This document shows positions 27,309 to 37,008 of a DNA stretch of 64,000 bases, in pieces. The translations under genes and the position numbers were made by a program. Positions within the stretch are counted from its first letter, which is position 1. Each line of letters starts with the position of its first letter. The stretch comes from a virus (taxonomy: Duplodnaviria; Caudoviricetes): the IMG/VR virus record IMGVR_UViG_3300045015_000053; one strand, written 5' to 3'. Below the pieces are notes generated by a model. That model did not search any database. It saw nothing but the letters and a program-made list of their open reading frames with translations, and had not been told where the DNA came from.

Positions 27309-27466
27309 TGAAAACCCTCGGCGAGTGCGTCGAGAAGATCGACGCCGTGATCGAACACGAACTGGCGCACAACAACTTCGAGGCGGTCGCCACGATGAAG
27401 GAGATGCGCGGCCGGTGGGAAACAAAAATCGAAGAAGCCGAAAAACGCCTGAAGGAAGACGACTAA
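27281..27466 (+). CDS. hypothetical helical protein
   Basis: MSRKYAEGVVKTLGECVEK... Confidence 0.65.
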   Translation: MSRKYAEGVVKTLGECVEKIDAVIEHELAHNNFEAVATMKEMRGRWETKIEEAEKRLKEDD

Positions 27467-27469
27467 ACG

Positions 27470-27481
27470 GTCTATACTGGC
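27470..27481 (+). promoter_or_regulatory. GTCTATACTGGC promoter box
   Basis: Motif copy immediately after a stop codon. Confidence 0.65.
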
Positions 27482-27542
27482 AAGGCGAAAGGGGGCAAGT
27501 CGCCCCCTCAAACGAAACGAAAACCCTGACCGAGTTGCGACA

Positions 27543-27893
27543 ATGTCCACCAACGATCTGGATCGCCTGAACAACACCGCGCCGCACATGCACGGCAAGA
27601 AGCTCGCCGACGTGAACCTCGAACAACTCTGCACCGCCATCGAAGTGTGGAACTACACGAACGCCGGCAAGAAGTCCAACGGCACGCAGACCTTCGACAT
27701 GCGGGACATCATCGAGGGTGCCGCCCTGTTCGCCTCGCCCGATACGCCGTGGGTGGTGATCGAGAGCGGCCCGCTCACCGGCCACCGCTACTGCAAGACG
27801 CAGCACGGGCTGGTCCTGCAAGCCCCCAAGCCCTCGAACGAGATGAGCCTGCTGGCCGAGGCGACCGCGCGGACCCTCGGCGTCAAGGTCTAA
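27543..27893 (+). CDS. hypothetical protein
   Basis: Clean ORF with biased codons. Confidence 0.75.
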   Translation: MSTNDLDRLNNTAPHMHGKKLADVNLEQLCTAIEVWNYTNAGKKSNGTQTFDMRDIIEGAALFASPDTPWVVIESGPLTGHRYCKTQHGLVLQAPKPSNEMSLLAEATARTLGVKV

Positions 27894-27906
27894 ACCGGAG
27901 TGAGCA

Positions 27907-28179
27907 ATGGCGACGTTACGGGAACTACGGACGAACGCGGGCCTCAGCCAGTTCCGATTGGCCGAACTAGCTGGTGTTCCGTTCCGCGAAGCGAGCCGAC
28001 TGGAACACGGTCGGCCCGTCCCGCCCGAAACGAAGGCCAAACTGCTCGCCTACTTCGGCGTGACCGAGTTCGATGATCCTCCGATGGACGCGCCGGCCGA
28101 CAACCCGGCGCGTCCATTCCCAGACGATGATGACGACCTCTACCGTTGTCAGTGGCCTTTACCCATTCCGAGGCTGTAA
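27907..28179 (+). CDS. XRE/Cro-family HTH regulator
   Basis: LRELRTNAGLSQFRLAELAGV...SRLEHG. Confidence 0.85.
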   Translation: MATLRELRTNAGLSQFRLAELAGVPFREASRLEHGRPVPPETKAKLLAYFGVTEFDDPPMDAPADNPARPFPDDDDDLYRCQWPLPIPRL

Positions 28180-28181
28180 AC

Positions 28182-28382
28182 ATGATCGGTGCTTTCATCG
28201 GGTTCGTCATCAGTTTGCCGTTCGTGATCGCGGTCGATAGCGTCAGCAACTGGTGGATGCTGTGGGCCGCTCTGATCGGCTTCTTCTTTGAACTCGTCGT
28301 CCGGCTCGGCGGCGGGGAAGGATTCGGTGACGCCCTCTTACACTTCGGAGCATGGTCATGGGTCGCAAGCGAGACAACGTGA
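28182..28382 (+). CDS. small membrane protein
   Basis: Two hydrophobic segments; GAGG RBS. Confidence 0.7.
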   Translation: MIGAFIGFVISLPFVIAVDSVSNWWMLWAALIGFFFELVVRLGGGEGFGDALLHFGAWSWVASETT

Positions 28383-28702
28383 AAGCTCTCGAAAAGTTCA
28401 GCACCGCCGAACTCGAAGGGGAGATCGTCAGACGCAAACAGGGCAGCAGCGAGTGGGGCTATGTCGTCATGACCAATGACGAGGACTATGACGACAAGCG
28501 CCCACGATTCGGCATCGTTAACGTCAAATACTGGCAGAAAAACGAGGGACTCGAAGATCGCTGCCTCGGCCACGACGTTCGTCTCCCTCGCGGGTTTCAC
28601 GAGTCGCAAGAGTCCCAGTATACATACAGCGGCACTCTGAAGGACGGGAAGACGGCACTTGATAGTGCCGGTTTCAAGTACCTCGGCGAGTGTGACGATT
28701 AA
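28352..28702 (+). CDS. hypothetical protein
   Basis: GGAG RBS. Confidence 0.7.
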   Translation: MVMGRKRDNVKALEKFSTAELEGEIVRRKQGSSEWGYVVMTNDEDYDDKRPRFGIVNVKYWQKNEGLEDRCLGHDVRLPRGFHESQESQYTYSGTLKDGKTALDSAGFKYLGECDD

Positions 28703-28711
28703 GGTGCAATC

Positions 28712-28918
28712 ATGGCAGAAGAACGGAACAAGAAGTGTCCGGCGTGCGGTGGGACGGGAGAACTCGCCACCTCTCACCGCTTTACCTGCTACGAGTGTAA
28801 CGGCCACGGCAAAGTCACCGACTCCGAACACGCGAGGATCGCCAAGAGCGAGGCCGAAATCGGCCGTGCCTTTGACGCCAGACTGACCGCGAGTGAATAC
28901 CGACAGATGGGTGGATGA
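28712..28918 (+). CDS. DnaJ-type zinc-finger small protein
   Basis: CPACGGTG and CYECNGHG (CxxCxGxG twice). Confidence 0.8.
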   Translation: MAEERNKKCPACGGTGELATSHRFTCYECNGHGKVTDSEHARIAKSEAEIGRAFDARLTASEYRQMGG

Positions 28919-29337
28919 TGTTCGCGGTTCTTGTTTCTGACGGCACGCTGGAAAACAAGTGGGGACTGGACATGTTCGCCGTACTCTGTTCGGACGGTGC
29001 CATAACCGTCGAAGACGTGACCGGAGCCTGCCGCCGCGAGCAGTGGGTTCCTTTGGCAGTCACCCGGCCGCGAGGTCAGCCCGAAGCCAACCCCACCCTT
29101 CTGCTGTTCGACAACGAGCGAACCGCGCGGAAGTTCGCGATGAAGAACTTCCCGAAGGACTGGCTCGTCTCGGTCGTACAACTCGCCGACGCCGACCACG
29201 AGTGGGTGAAAAACAGGGGCTGGCTGACGGAGAAAATCGACTATCCACGCACCATGAACTCACACCCGGACTACGAATTGACATACGCCGTCCTCGAATT
29301 TAGGAACGTCCCCGATGTCGGCATCATCCGAATGTGA
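28915..29337 (+). CDS. hypothetical protein
   Basis: Coupled ORF. Confidence 0.75.
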   Translation: MMFAVLVSDGTLENKWGLDMFAVLCSDGAITVEDVTGACRREQWVPLAVTRPRGQPEANPTLLLFDNERTARKFAMKNFPKDWLVSVVQLADADHEWVKNRGWLTEKIDYPRTMNSHPDYELTYAVLEFRNVPDVGIIRM

Positions 29338-30286
29338 CAACGATCTCGATGCCAAAAGCCGAGTGGCCAGAGAGGTTTTCGACCAACTGCCTCTCCGCAA
29401 GAAGGTCGAGTTTGTCCTGCTTTACGGGGAGTGGCAGTACCGCCCCGCAGAGTCAATCGCGGCCGAACTCGGCGTCACGGTGAAAGAGGTCCAGTGGATT
29501 CTGGGCGAGTTGGTGTTCGACGGTATTGCAGTGCTTCACTCTCACAGCGATTCATACAGACACGTTGAGAGGACGAACGTGGAAATGAGCCGCGAAGAGA
29601 AGTCGCTCAAAGAAGCGATGTTGTGGGAGAAAGCTCGGCCAATCGATCCGAACACATTCCTGCCGATAGACGATCTTGCTTCGGGCGAATCCGTACTCGA
29701 TACGGATCAAGATGAGATGTGTGAAACCGCAAACGCTGGATTCTCTATGTCAGCGAATCCACGACCGCAAAGACAAAAACATCGCCGACACATGAGGGAC
29801 TTGGTCATGTTGACTGGATACCTGCCGGAAAACCTGATCGTCAAGGCGATCACGGACGCCATGATGCACGCCCGCGAGGTGTCCGAGCGGGAACACATCA
29901 AGGCCGACCGCATCGAGCGTGTCAACCAGTTCATCGTCAGCCTGCGCCGTCAACTCGGCTACATGGACGACAAGTACCGTACCGAACGTGAGTACCTGTC
30001 CGCGAAGCTCACGAACAAGGAAGTCTGGTACGACATTGGCGTGTTGAACCCGGAACGCATCTGGGGCATCCACGACATGCCGTACACCACCGTTCAGCGG
30101 TGGGTTCTCCAAGCTCAAGCCGGAATTTCTGTCACCGGCAACCTTCAGCAAGCCATTGATGGTAGCCTGATGAACCTGAAGGGTACGATCTTGGTGGCGC
30201 AGGGTTGCAACCTTGTCACCGACCAACTCAACAAGGACGCGGACAAGGTGGTTTCTGAAATGGCGGCAATCGCCGCCAATCTCTAA
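29315..30286 (+). CDS. protein with an N-terminal HTH (start uncertain)
   Basis: PAESIAAELGVTVKEVQWILGEL. Confidence 0.65.
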   Translation: MSASSECDNDLDAKSRVAREVFDQLPLRKKVEFVLLYGEWQYRPAESIAAELGVTVKEVQWILGELVFDGIAVLHSHSDSYRHVERTNVEMSREEKSLKEAMLWEKARPIDPNTFLPIDDLASGESVLDTDQDEMCETANAGFSMSANPRPQRQKHRRHMRDLVMLTGYLPENLIVKAITDAMMHAREVSEREHIKADRIERVNQFIVSLRRQLGYMDDKYRTEREYLSAKLTNKEVWYDIGVLNPERIWGIHDMPYTTVQRWVLQAQAGISVTGNLQQAIDGSLMNLKGTILVAQGCNLVTDQLNKDADKVVSEMAAIAANL

Positions 30287-30300
30287 GAGGACCGAACGTC

Positions 30301-31035
30301 ATGGGCAACGATCCGCAGACACAACAGCCGACCAACTTCGACCGCTTCTTCGCCGTTCTCGGATTCGATCCGGGGAAGGAAACGGGTCCGAAGGAAGAGG
30401 TCAAGGGACTCGGTCTGTTCGCCGAGGCGATGCGTGAAGTCGTCAAGGAACGCACCGAGGCCAACAAGGTCAAGGCGGTCGCCGCGATCCGTCAGGTGAT
30501 CGACCTGAAGACCAAGTGGGACGACGAGGAACGCAAGTTCCTCGTGAGCAAGAACAAGTTCTTCAACGACTTTGGCAAGGTCGTCGCGAAGATCGAAGCC
30601 ATGTCCCGTGGTGAAAGCCTCACCAGCATCGAAGCGTCCGAAGCCCGCGAGAAGGAAGGCGTCGAGAACGTCGTGCCACAAACGGCCGGCGCGGAGTTCG
30701 ACCGCCTGTTCAAGACGCTCGGTTTCGATCCGAGCCGCGAGGTCGGGCCGAAGGAAGAGGTCAGTGGTTCCGGCCTGTTCGCCGAGGCGATGAAGGAAGT
30801 CGTCAAGGAGCGGACGGAGGCGAACAAGGTCAAGGCCGTGGCGGTCATCCGTCAGGTGATCGACCTGAAAGCCAAGTGGGACGAAGAGGAACGCAAGTTC
30901 AACTCCGCGAAGAAGAAGTTCTTCAAGGAGTTCGACAAGGCGCTCAAGCGGATCGAGGGGATGGCTCGCGGGGAGAACCTCGCGAGCGTCGAAGCGAAAG
31001 AGAAGGAAGAAGAAGGCGGCAAGAAGGACGAGTAA
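30301..31035 (+). CDS. hypothetical protein made of two tandem repeats of about 120 aa
   Basis: FDR.F..LGFDP..E.GPKEEV.G.GLFAEAM.EVVKERTEANKVKAV occurs twice. Confidence 0.85.
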   Translation: MGNDPQTQQPTNFDRFFAVLGFDPGKETGPKEEVKGLGLFAEAMREVVKERTEANKVKAVAAIRQVIDLKTKWDDEERKFLVSKNKFFNDFGKVVAKIEAMSRGESLTSIEASEAREKEGVENVVPQTAGAEFDRLFKTLGFDPSREVGPKEEVSGSGLFAEAMKEVVKERTEANKVKAVAVIRQVIDLKAKWDEEERKFNSAKKKFFKEFDKALKRIEGMARGENLASVEAKEKEEEGGKKDE

Positions 31036-32115
31036 TCAGTCCGAATCGGCGATCACGACCCACGCATTGTGGGTCGTGTCCCATTTCGGCAGTTCGGCGA
31101 TGCCACTCTGTTCGTAGCCGAAGCTGATCTTGAAGTCGTCCCCGTACCGGCCTTTGGTCTTGGTGTTAACCTTGCCCATGAGCCGGACATTTCTTTTCAT
31201 GTACTCCGAATACCCGTAGTTGCTTATGCCATTGTAAAAATCATCGATGTAGTCAGGTACGTCGAGTTCGATCACGCCCTGGCTCCAGCCGTGGTATTGC
31301 ACCATCGCTCTGTCGCCGTCCCGCATCAGTTTCGGCCATTTTACATCGGCCATAAACCGTTTCACGAATTGCGGTTTGGTCATCTTTGTTTCGTCGGCCA
31401 GATCTTCGTGTACTTCCGGTGGTTGGAACTCGGCCATCGCCTCTGCCACTTCGGGTTCGCGTAGGAAGTCGATCTTCTGGGCCTTCTCGCCACGCAGTTT
31501 GTTGATGGCGTCTTTCATCTCGTCAACTTTGCCGCCCATCCTCTGAACCCACTCCTTGATCACCTCGGCCATAACCGCCGCGAAGATCTTGTCGGCGATG
31601 TTGTCGTAGCCGTTCGCGAGGCCGGCGACGAACCGCTTGGTCCCTTCCGCCCAAGCCGCACTGCCCACGTCGTCAAAGAGTTCTCCGTCAACCTCGAAGA
31701 CGGCGTCAATGATCGCTTCCGTCGTCTCGTCGTCCAGTTCTTCTTTTTCTTTGAGGTGCTTCCGCAGTTCTTCCATGTGCTTGTTGACTTCGAGGACGTA
31801 AGCCGCTGTTTTACCGGCACGCCACACCTTCGACCCACCCGACACAGCCCCGGATACGATCTTCCAGATACTTGTTGCCGCGCCTACAACGTTGCCCGTC
31901 GCCGCACTAGCCGCCAACCCGGTGACGCCTTTGGCGAGGCTCCAGGCGTCACCTGCGGCACCGGCCACGTCTTTGTTCCTCATCGCGTGTGCGGTCGCCA
32001 CACTCGAAGTCGATGGCTTGCCCAAGATCTTGTCCTTCAAGTCTTTCAGCCTGCCCTCGTCAATGAGCGGATCGCGGTTCTGAACGTATTCGTTGAATGA
32101 TAGTGGTCACGCCAT
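31036..32115 (-). CDS. putative capsid-internal protein; natural start at 32115 is interrupted by TGA at codon 3
   Basis: GGAGG-ctaa-ATG GCG TGA CCA CTA TCA TTC AAC GAA... is in frame with ORF 31036-32040. Confidence 0.65.
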
Positions 32116-32179
32116 TTAGCCTCCGTTTTTAGTTAGACTTGGTTGGTGAACTTTGCCGACCCGCGACTATAATTTCATC

Positions 32180-32692
32180 ATGAGCAAAGAACAAACAATT
32201 CAGCACATCAACCGCGTCCGCAAGCTGATGAGCCGGGCCGTCTCCAGCCTCGTCGTTCGCGCCGTCAAACACGATGAGAGCAAGCTCAAGTCGCCCGAAG
32301 TCGAGATCTTCGAGGAATACACACCAAAACTTGCCGGAAGCACATACGGCAGCGAAGAATACGAGAGCTTCCGCAAGGCGATGAAACCGGGCCTTGACCA
32401 TCACTACGCACACAATTCTCATCATCCTGAGCATTTCGCCGATGGCGTTCACGGGATGAGTCTTTTGGACCTTTTGGAAATGGTGTGCGACTGGAAGGCC
32501 GCGACCGAACGACACAACGACGGGGACATCCTCAAGAGCCTCGAAATCAACCAGAAGCGGTTCGGCTACGACGACAATCTGAAGAAGATCTTCTTCAACA
32601 CCGTCAAGGAACTCGGTTTTCTGAACGAAGTGCCTACAGAACAACCGAAGCCGAACCCGGATCGTCCGGTATACCCGCGAAAAGAGGGATAA
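32180..32692 (+). CDS. DUF5662-like HD-type protein
   Basis: HDESKL, HHYAHNSHHPEH, MSLLDLLEMVCDWKAA; TATAAT at 32168. Confidence 0.75.
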   Translation: MSKEQTIQHINRVRKLMSRAVSSLVVRAVKHDESKLKSPEVEIFEEYTPKLAGSTYGSEEYESFRKAMKPGLDHHYAHNSHHPEHFADGVHGMSLLDLLEMVCDWKAATERHNDGDILKSLEINQKRFGYDDNLKKIFFNTVKELGFLNEVPTEQPKPNPDRPVYPRKEG

Positions 32693-33072
32693 TGTCAGCC
32701 TACGAACTTGCAGAAACACTCAAAGAGTTGTTACTCGAAGATGGCCGCGAAAATCCCTTCTACATGTCAAGCGACGACAAGGGTGACAGGTACAAAGCGG
32801 CCGTTACCGAAGTCATCAAAAGACTTCAACACAGATTCGACAAAAACATGCCCAAAGAGGTTGTCACCGTTGGCGATCTCCGCGCCGCGTTGAGCTATTC
32901 GGAGGACGAAGAACCCGTCGTCTTCGATCTCAAGGAAGACACAGTTTACGGGCAGAAGACCGTTCCGCTCAAATGCAGCGGCGTCGGTTCCAGTGGCGGC
33001 GGCAGGATCACGGTCCTCTGGCTCGACAAGAAAAACTACCCAAAAGACTACCTCCCGAAGAATGATGACTGA
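32692..33072 (+). CDS. hypothetical protein
   Basis: TAATG coupling. Confidence 0.75.
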   Translation: MSAYELAETLKELLLEDGRENPFYMSSDDKGDRYKAAVTEVIKRLQHRFDKNMPKEVVTVGDLRAALSYSEDEEPVVFDLKEDTVYGQKTVPLKCSGVGSSGGGRITVLWLDKKNYPKDYLPKNDD

Positions 33073-33077
33073 ATCCG

Positions 33078-33089
33078 GTCTATACTGAC
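33078..33089 (+). promoter_or_regulatory. GTCTATACTGAC promoter box
   Basis: Exact motif. Confidence 0.75.
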
Positions 33090-33118
33090 CCGGATTCCAT
33101 ACTCAACCAGAGGCTGTC

Positions 33119-33718
33119 ATGGAAAGCGCCATTTATGGCAAAGGCATGGCCGGCAAGGGAGTTACGCCGTCCATCGCCCTTTGCAATCCGAAGTACGCTC
33201 ACAACGTGGGTACGATTGTCCGCGCCGCTTCTTGTTTCGGAGCGAAGCAAGTTTGGTTTTCCGGCAACCGGGTGTCGCTCGACCCGAAGAAGGGGGAGCG
33301 GTTGCCGCGAGAGGAGCGGATGAAGGGCTACAAGAACGTCGAACTGCGTCAGTACGACTACTTCTTCGACATGTTCGAGAAGGACGTGGTTCCGGTGGCG
33401 ATTGAGCTTCGCCCCGGCAGCGAGTTGTTGACGGACTTCGTCCACCCGGAGAAGGCGTTGTACGTCTTCGGGCCGGAAGACGGCAGCATCCCGCAAGTCA
33501 TGATGCGTCACTGCCATCGGTTCGTCGTGATCCCCACACACCACTGCGTCAACCTCGCGGCGGCGGTCTACATGATCCTGTACGACCGCATGTTGAAGCG
33601 GCACCAGACCGGCGAGGAACCGATCACCTCGATGGACGAAATCCTGAAAGAGAATCGGGGCTGGTCGTCGCCCGACAACAACGGCGAAACCCGTGACTTG
33701 CTGGAAACGATGAAGTAA
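33119..33718 (+). CDS. SpoU/TrmH-family SPOUT RNA 2'-O-methyltransferase
   Basis: NPKYAHNVGTIVRAASCFG, YVFGPEDG, IPTHHCVNLAAA. Confidence 0.9.
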   Translation: MESAIYGKGMAGKGVTPSIALCNPKYAHNVGTIVRAASCFGAKQVWFSGNRVSLDPKKGERLPREERMKGYKNVELRQYDYFFDMFEKDVVPVAIELRPGSELLTDFVHPEKALYVFGPEDGSIPQVMMRHCHRFVVIPTHHCVNLAAAVYMILYDRMLKRHQTGEEPITSMDEILKENRGWSSPDNNGETRDLLETMK

Positions 33719-33774
33719 AAGGCTCCCCGTGGCACAAACCACGGGGGGTTTTGCTAAAAATGGCCTATAGTGAC
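33717..33774 (+). terminator. terminator followed by a GCCTATAGTGAC promoter box
   Basis: CTCCCCGTGG/CCACGGGGGG stem plus TTTT; box at 33763-33774. Confidence 0.7.
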
Positions 33775-33802
33775 GGTGTTTCCACAAGAAGGGGATGTTG
33801 CC

Positions 33803-34315
33803 GTGAACTATGCTCGTAAGCTTCTCGCTTGGACGAACCGCTCCGAGAAGCCGTATGCGACTCACTCGGTCGTTTTGGTCGTAGAAGACAACAAGCGGAA
33901 AGGCACCTTCGGGCTGTGCATCAACCGCCCCGCGCCGATCCTGCCGTGTACCTGTGGTCAGTGTCCGGTTCCGCCCGTGCCTCTGTACCTCGGCGGGCCG
34001 AAGCATCTTGACAACCGATACTTTCTTCTCCATGATCAACCGCTGGCTGCGGACAAGCGTGACCGCGTCATCGAAAAGGTGTACGTCTCATGCCCATACG
34101 CTCTGAAGGAACTTCAGGGTGAAGGCAAGGACCGGGGCAAGATGATCACCGGGTACTTCCACTGGCTTCCCGGCGAACTCGAAGAAGAGGTCGCGATGGG
34201 CTGGTGGGAGGTCAATGACAAGCCCACGCACGAACAGGTTCTTGTTTCGGAACCGCGCCACGTTTGGGGGAAACTGGTCCCCCTGACCGAACGGATCTAT
34301 CCGAGTGCGAACTGA
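33803..34315 (+). CDS. YqgE/AlgH (DUF179) family protein
   Basis: SVVLVV...GTFGLCINRP, YLGGP, GYFHWLPGELEEE...W. Confidence 0.85.
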   Translation: MNYARKLLAWTNRSEKPYATHSVVLVVEDNKRKGTFGLCINRPAPILPCTCGQCPVPPVPLYLGGPKHLDNRYFLLHDQPLAADKRDRVIEKVYVSCPYALKELQGEGKDRGKMITGYFHWLPGELEEEVAMGWWEVNDKPTHEQVLVSEPRHVWGKLVPLTERIYPSAN

Positions 34316-35379
34316 TGCTCACCTGTCCCGAATGCGGCGCGGAAATGATTCTCCGCGAGACGACGAAGTACACCTACAAGAACGGCGACCCTCGCAAGTT
34401 CTACGGGTGCAGCAGATGGCCGGATTGTAACGCCACGCACGGCGCACACCCCAACGGTTCGCCGTTGGGTGTTCCGGCCAACAAGGAAACGAAAGACGCT
34501 CGAATCGCCGCACACGCGGCCTTCGACGGCCACTGGCAGGAACTCGGCCTTCAACGCAACGAGGGCTACCGGCTGCTCAGGGACATCATGGGTATGAGCA
34601 AAGAAGAAGCTCATATCGCCAACTTCAACAAGGAACAGTGCCAAACATTGATCGACAAGATCAAGCAACGCAGGGAGAATCCGATGGTCAGGGGCTTCAA
34701 AGGCGTCACCTTTTCTGGCGCGGACTGTGACACCGAGATCGGGACTCTCGTTGAGCTTCAGGGGCGGTTTCCGTACATGGAGGTTGGCGTTCTCTGGTCG
34801 CTGACGAAAGCCGGTACTCCGCGTTACCCACACCGAGATTGGATCGAAAAGGCCACCGAGCGTGGTCTGCGGTTCTCGCTGCACCTGTGCGGCAAGGTCG
34901 CGCGGACGATGGTAGAAGGCACCGAAACACCGGAAATCCCCGGCAAGCCGAAACGCATCCAGATCAACTGTAACGGGATGCGGGGGATGACGGGCTGGTT
35001 CCGGGCGTTCCACTCGATCATCCAAAAGAACACGGAACTGGACAGCGACCTTCAGTTCATCATTCAGGCCGGCGAAGCGGCGGGTGCGTACTGGGTCGGC
35101 CGTGCCGAGGGCGAAGGTCACAACGTCGCGCCGCTGTTCGACAAGAGCGGCGGGCGTGGTGTGGAGACGGACGACTGGCCCGCCCCGCTCGCGGTCAGTT
35201 ACAACGGGTACGCGGGCGGCATCGGCCCGGACAACGTGCAGGCGGTCGTGAAGAAGATCGGGACGTTCAAGACCGACTTCTGGATCGACATGGAGTCTCG
35301 CATCAGGACGGGGGACAAGTTCGACTTGGACAAAGTCGTCCACGTCCTCAATCTCGTGGACACAATGATCGAACGGTGA
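34315..35379 (+). CDS. zinc-finger (topoisomerase C4/DUF3268-like) fused to a PRAI-like TIM barrel; probable internal start near 34683
   Basis: CPECG, FYGCSRWPDC, HPNGSPLG, AHAAFD; C-terminal PLFDKSGGRG, GYAGGIGPDNV, FWIDMESRIR. Confidence 0.75.
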   Translation: MLTCPECGAEMILRETTKYTYKNGDPRKFYGCSRWPDCNATHGAHPNGSPLGVPANKETKDARIAAHAAFDGHWQELGLQRNEGYRLLRDIMGMSKEEAHIANFNKEQCQTLIDKIKQRRENPMVRGFKGVTFSGADCDTEIGTLVELQGRFPYMEVGVLWSLTKAGTPRYPHRDWIEKATERGLRFSLHLCGKVARTMVEGTETPEIPGKPKRIQINCNGMRGMTGWFRAFHSIIQKNTELDSDLQFIIQAGEAAGAYWVGRAEGEGHNVAPLFDKSGGRGVETDDWPAPLAVSYNGYAGGIGPDNVQAVVKKIGTFKTDFWIDMESRIRTGDKFDLDKVVHVLNLVDTMIER

Positions 35380-35382
35380 CAA

Positions 35383-35607
35383 ATGACTCTCGAAGAACTG
35401 AAAGAAATCGTGATCGAGAAGTTCAAGGCGTCTTTGATTCAACGCAATCAGTGGTCAAAGGTGATCATTGATTCCCCAGACGTTTTGCGAGCCGCCATTC
35501 TTCAAGAGGACGGGATGATTATCGCTTACGGCGACATCATCAAAACGATTGACCCGGATTGGGAACTGGACCCCAATTTCAAAGCATACGAAGTACAAAC
35601 AGGGTGA
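35383..35607 (+). CDS. hypothetical protein
   Basis: ORF in operon context. Confidence 0.7.
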   Translation: MTLEELKEIVIEKFKASLIQRNQWSKVIIDSPDVLRAAILQEDGMIIAYGDIIKTIDPDWELDPNFKAYEVQTG

Positions 35608-35614
35608 GGAAGTC

Positions 35615-35923
35615 ATGACGCTTCAAGAGATCTATGCGATCATCTGGAAAGAAGGCGTGAATTCGCCTTCTTTGCCGCGAGGGTGGCTTCTTCCGCAAAA
35701 CCTGAAACCGGCCCAGATCAACGAACATTTCCCGGTCGATGCTTTGGTCATGGTTATGGCCGATTCTTACGGGGAACGCGATTTCGTTTACCCGAATCTG
35801 AGAAAGAGATCGTGGTGGTTCGGTCGTGTCGAGGCAGCAACAAGTGACAGGAACGTTCGTGTCAGAAGTACGTTTTCGGGAGCAGTTCGTTCGGTTCCGT
35901 ACAATAAGATCAGGATTTACTAA
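35615..35923 (+). CDS. hypothetical protein
   Basis: GAGGAA RBS. Confidence 0.7.
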   Translation: MTLQEIYAIIWKEGVNSPSLPRGWLLPQNLKPAQINEHFPVDALVMVMADSYGERDFVYPNLRKRSWWFGRVEAATSDRNVRVRSTFSGAVRSVPYNKIRIY

Positions 35924-35924
35924 C

Positions 35925-36362
35925 ATGACCGTCGTCTGCCAGAACCGCAAAGCCCGCTTCGATTATGAGGTTGTCGAAACCGTCGAAGCGGGTATTGTGC
36001 TGAAAGGCACGGAAATCAAATCCGTGCGAAACCACCGCGTTTCTCTCGACGGAGCGTATGCCAGCGTGGACGCCGGAAACGTTACGCTAGTCGGCTGCAA
36101 CATCGAGCCGTATTCGCACGGCAATGTTCACAATCACGAAGCCAAGCGTGACCGACGCCTGTTGCTCAACCGGAGCGAGATCGACAAGATCGCGAGCAAA
36201 GCGGCGGTGAGGGGGTTCACGTTGATCCCGCTGTCGATGTACATCAAGGACGGTCGCGCCAAGATCGAACTGGCCGTCTGTCGCGGTCGGCAGACGCACG
36301 ACAAGCGGCACGCCATCAAGGACCGCGAAGTGAAGAAGGCGATGAAACGGGGAAAATTCTGA
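35925..36362 (+). CDS. smpB: SsrA-binding protein SmpB
   Basis: NRKARFDY, EAGIVLKGTEIKSVR, RRLLL, GFTLIPL, HDKR. Confidence 0.97.
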   Translation: MTVVCQNRKARFDYEVVETVEAGIVLKGTEIKSVRNHRVSLDGAYASVDAGNVTLVGCNIEPYSHGNVHNHEAKRDRRLLLNRSEIDKIASKAAVRGFTLIPLSMYIKDGRAKIELAVCRGRQTHDKRHAIKDREVKKAMKRGKF

Positions 36363-36432
36363 TTTTTCATGCCCGCGCAGGCGGTCGAGGCGACATACCT
36401 CTATAGAAGACCGCTCCCACATGAGGTGTATC

Positions 36433-36915
36433 ATGACGAATCTGGCAAAGCTCCATCAGGCGGCTCGGTTAATCGCCGAGGTCAACGCAACCCTCAACAA
36501 CACCAGTCGCAAGTGCGACTGCTGCGGGTTGACGGTCTACGAGAAACCCGACGAGTGGGATCTGAAACAGATGCTCTCGGCCGCGTTGAGCAGAGTCGAA
36601 AAGGTCGTCGGCAAGATGAAAAACAACGACAAAAAAGACCAGCGGGTCACGCCCGCTGCGATGATTCTGGATGTGGACGGGGTCGCCATCGTCAACAAAA
36701 AAGATGGCGTCAACCCGGATCAAGATCCGGCCAACATGCTGTTGTTCGACCGCTTCGGTGACGGGCGGTGGTACATCGCCTATCTTTCCAAAAAGACTTT
36801 GGGGGATAGTTGGGTTATGGTGACCGTGTATTCCACCGAAAACGGCAAGCGTGTCTCGTGTGATTACGGAGTTTCACCCGAAAACCAACTCACACGCATC
36901 CGTAAGGTTTCGTAA
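36433..36915 (+). CDS. hypothetical protein (possibly two fused ORFs)
   Basis: GAGGTG RBS; CDCC motif. Confidence 0.7.
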   Translation: MTNLAKLHQAARLIAEVNATLNNTSRKCDCCGLTVYEKPDEWDLKQMLSAALSRVEKVVGKMKNNDKKDQRVTPAAMILDVDGVAIVNKKDGVNPDQDPANMLLFDRFGDGRWYIAYLSKKTLGDSWVMVTVYSTENGKRVSCDYGVSPENQLTRIRKVS

Positions 36916-36948
36916 GAAAAGAAACCCGAAATTCCTATCAACTGCGTG

Positions 36949-36956
36949 TATTTATA
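36949..36956 (-). promoter_or_regulatory. exact T4 late promoter consensus TATAAATA with no obvious downstream gene
   Basis: The + strand reads TATTTATA. Confidence 0.4.
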
Positions 36957-37008
36957 GGAACGGCGGCGCGAATCCCACGCCGCAAACTTTTCCAAGTAAA
37001 AGAGGAAT

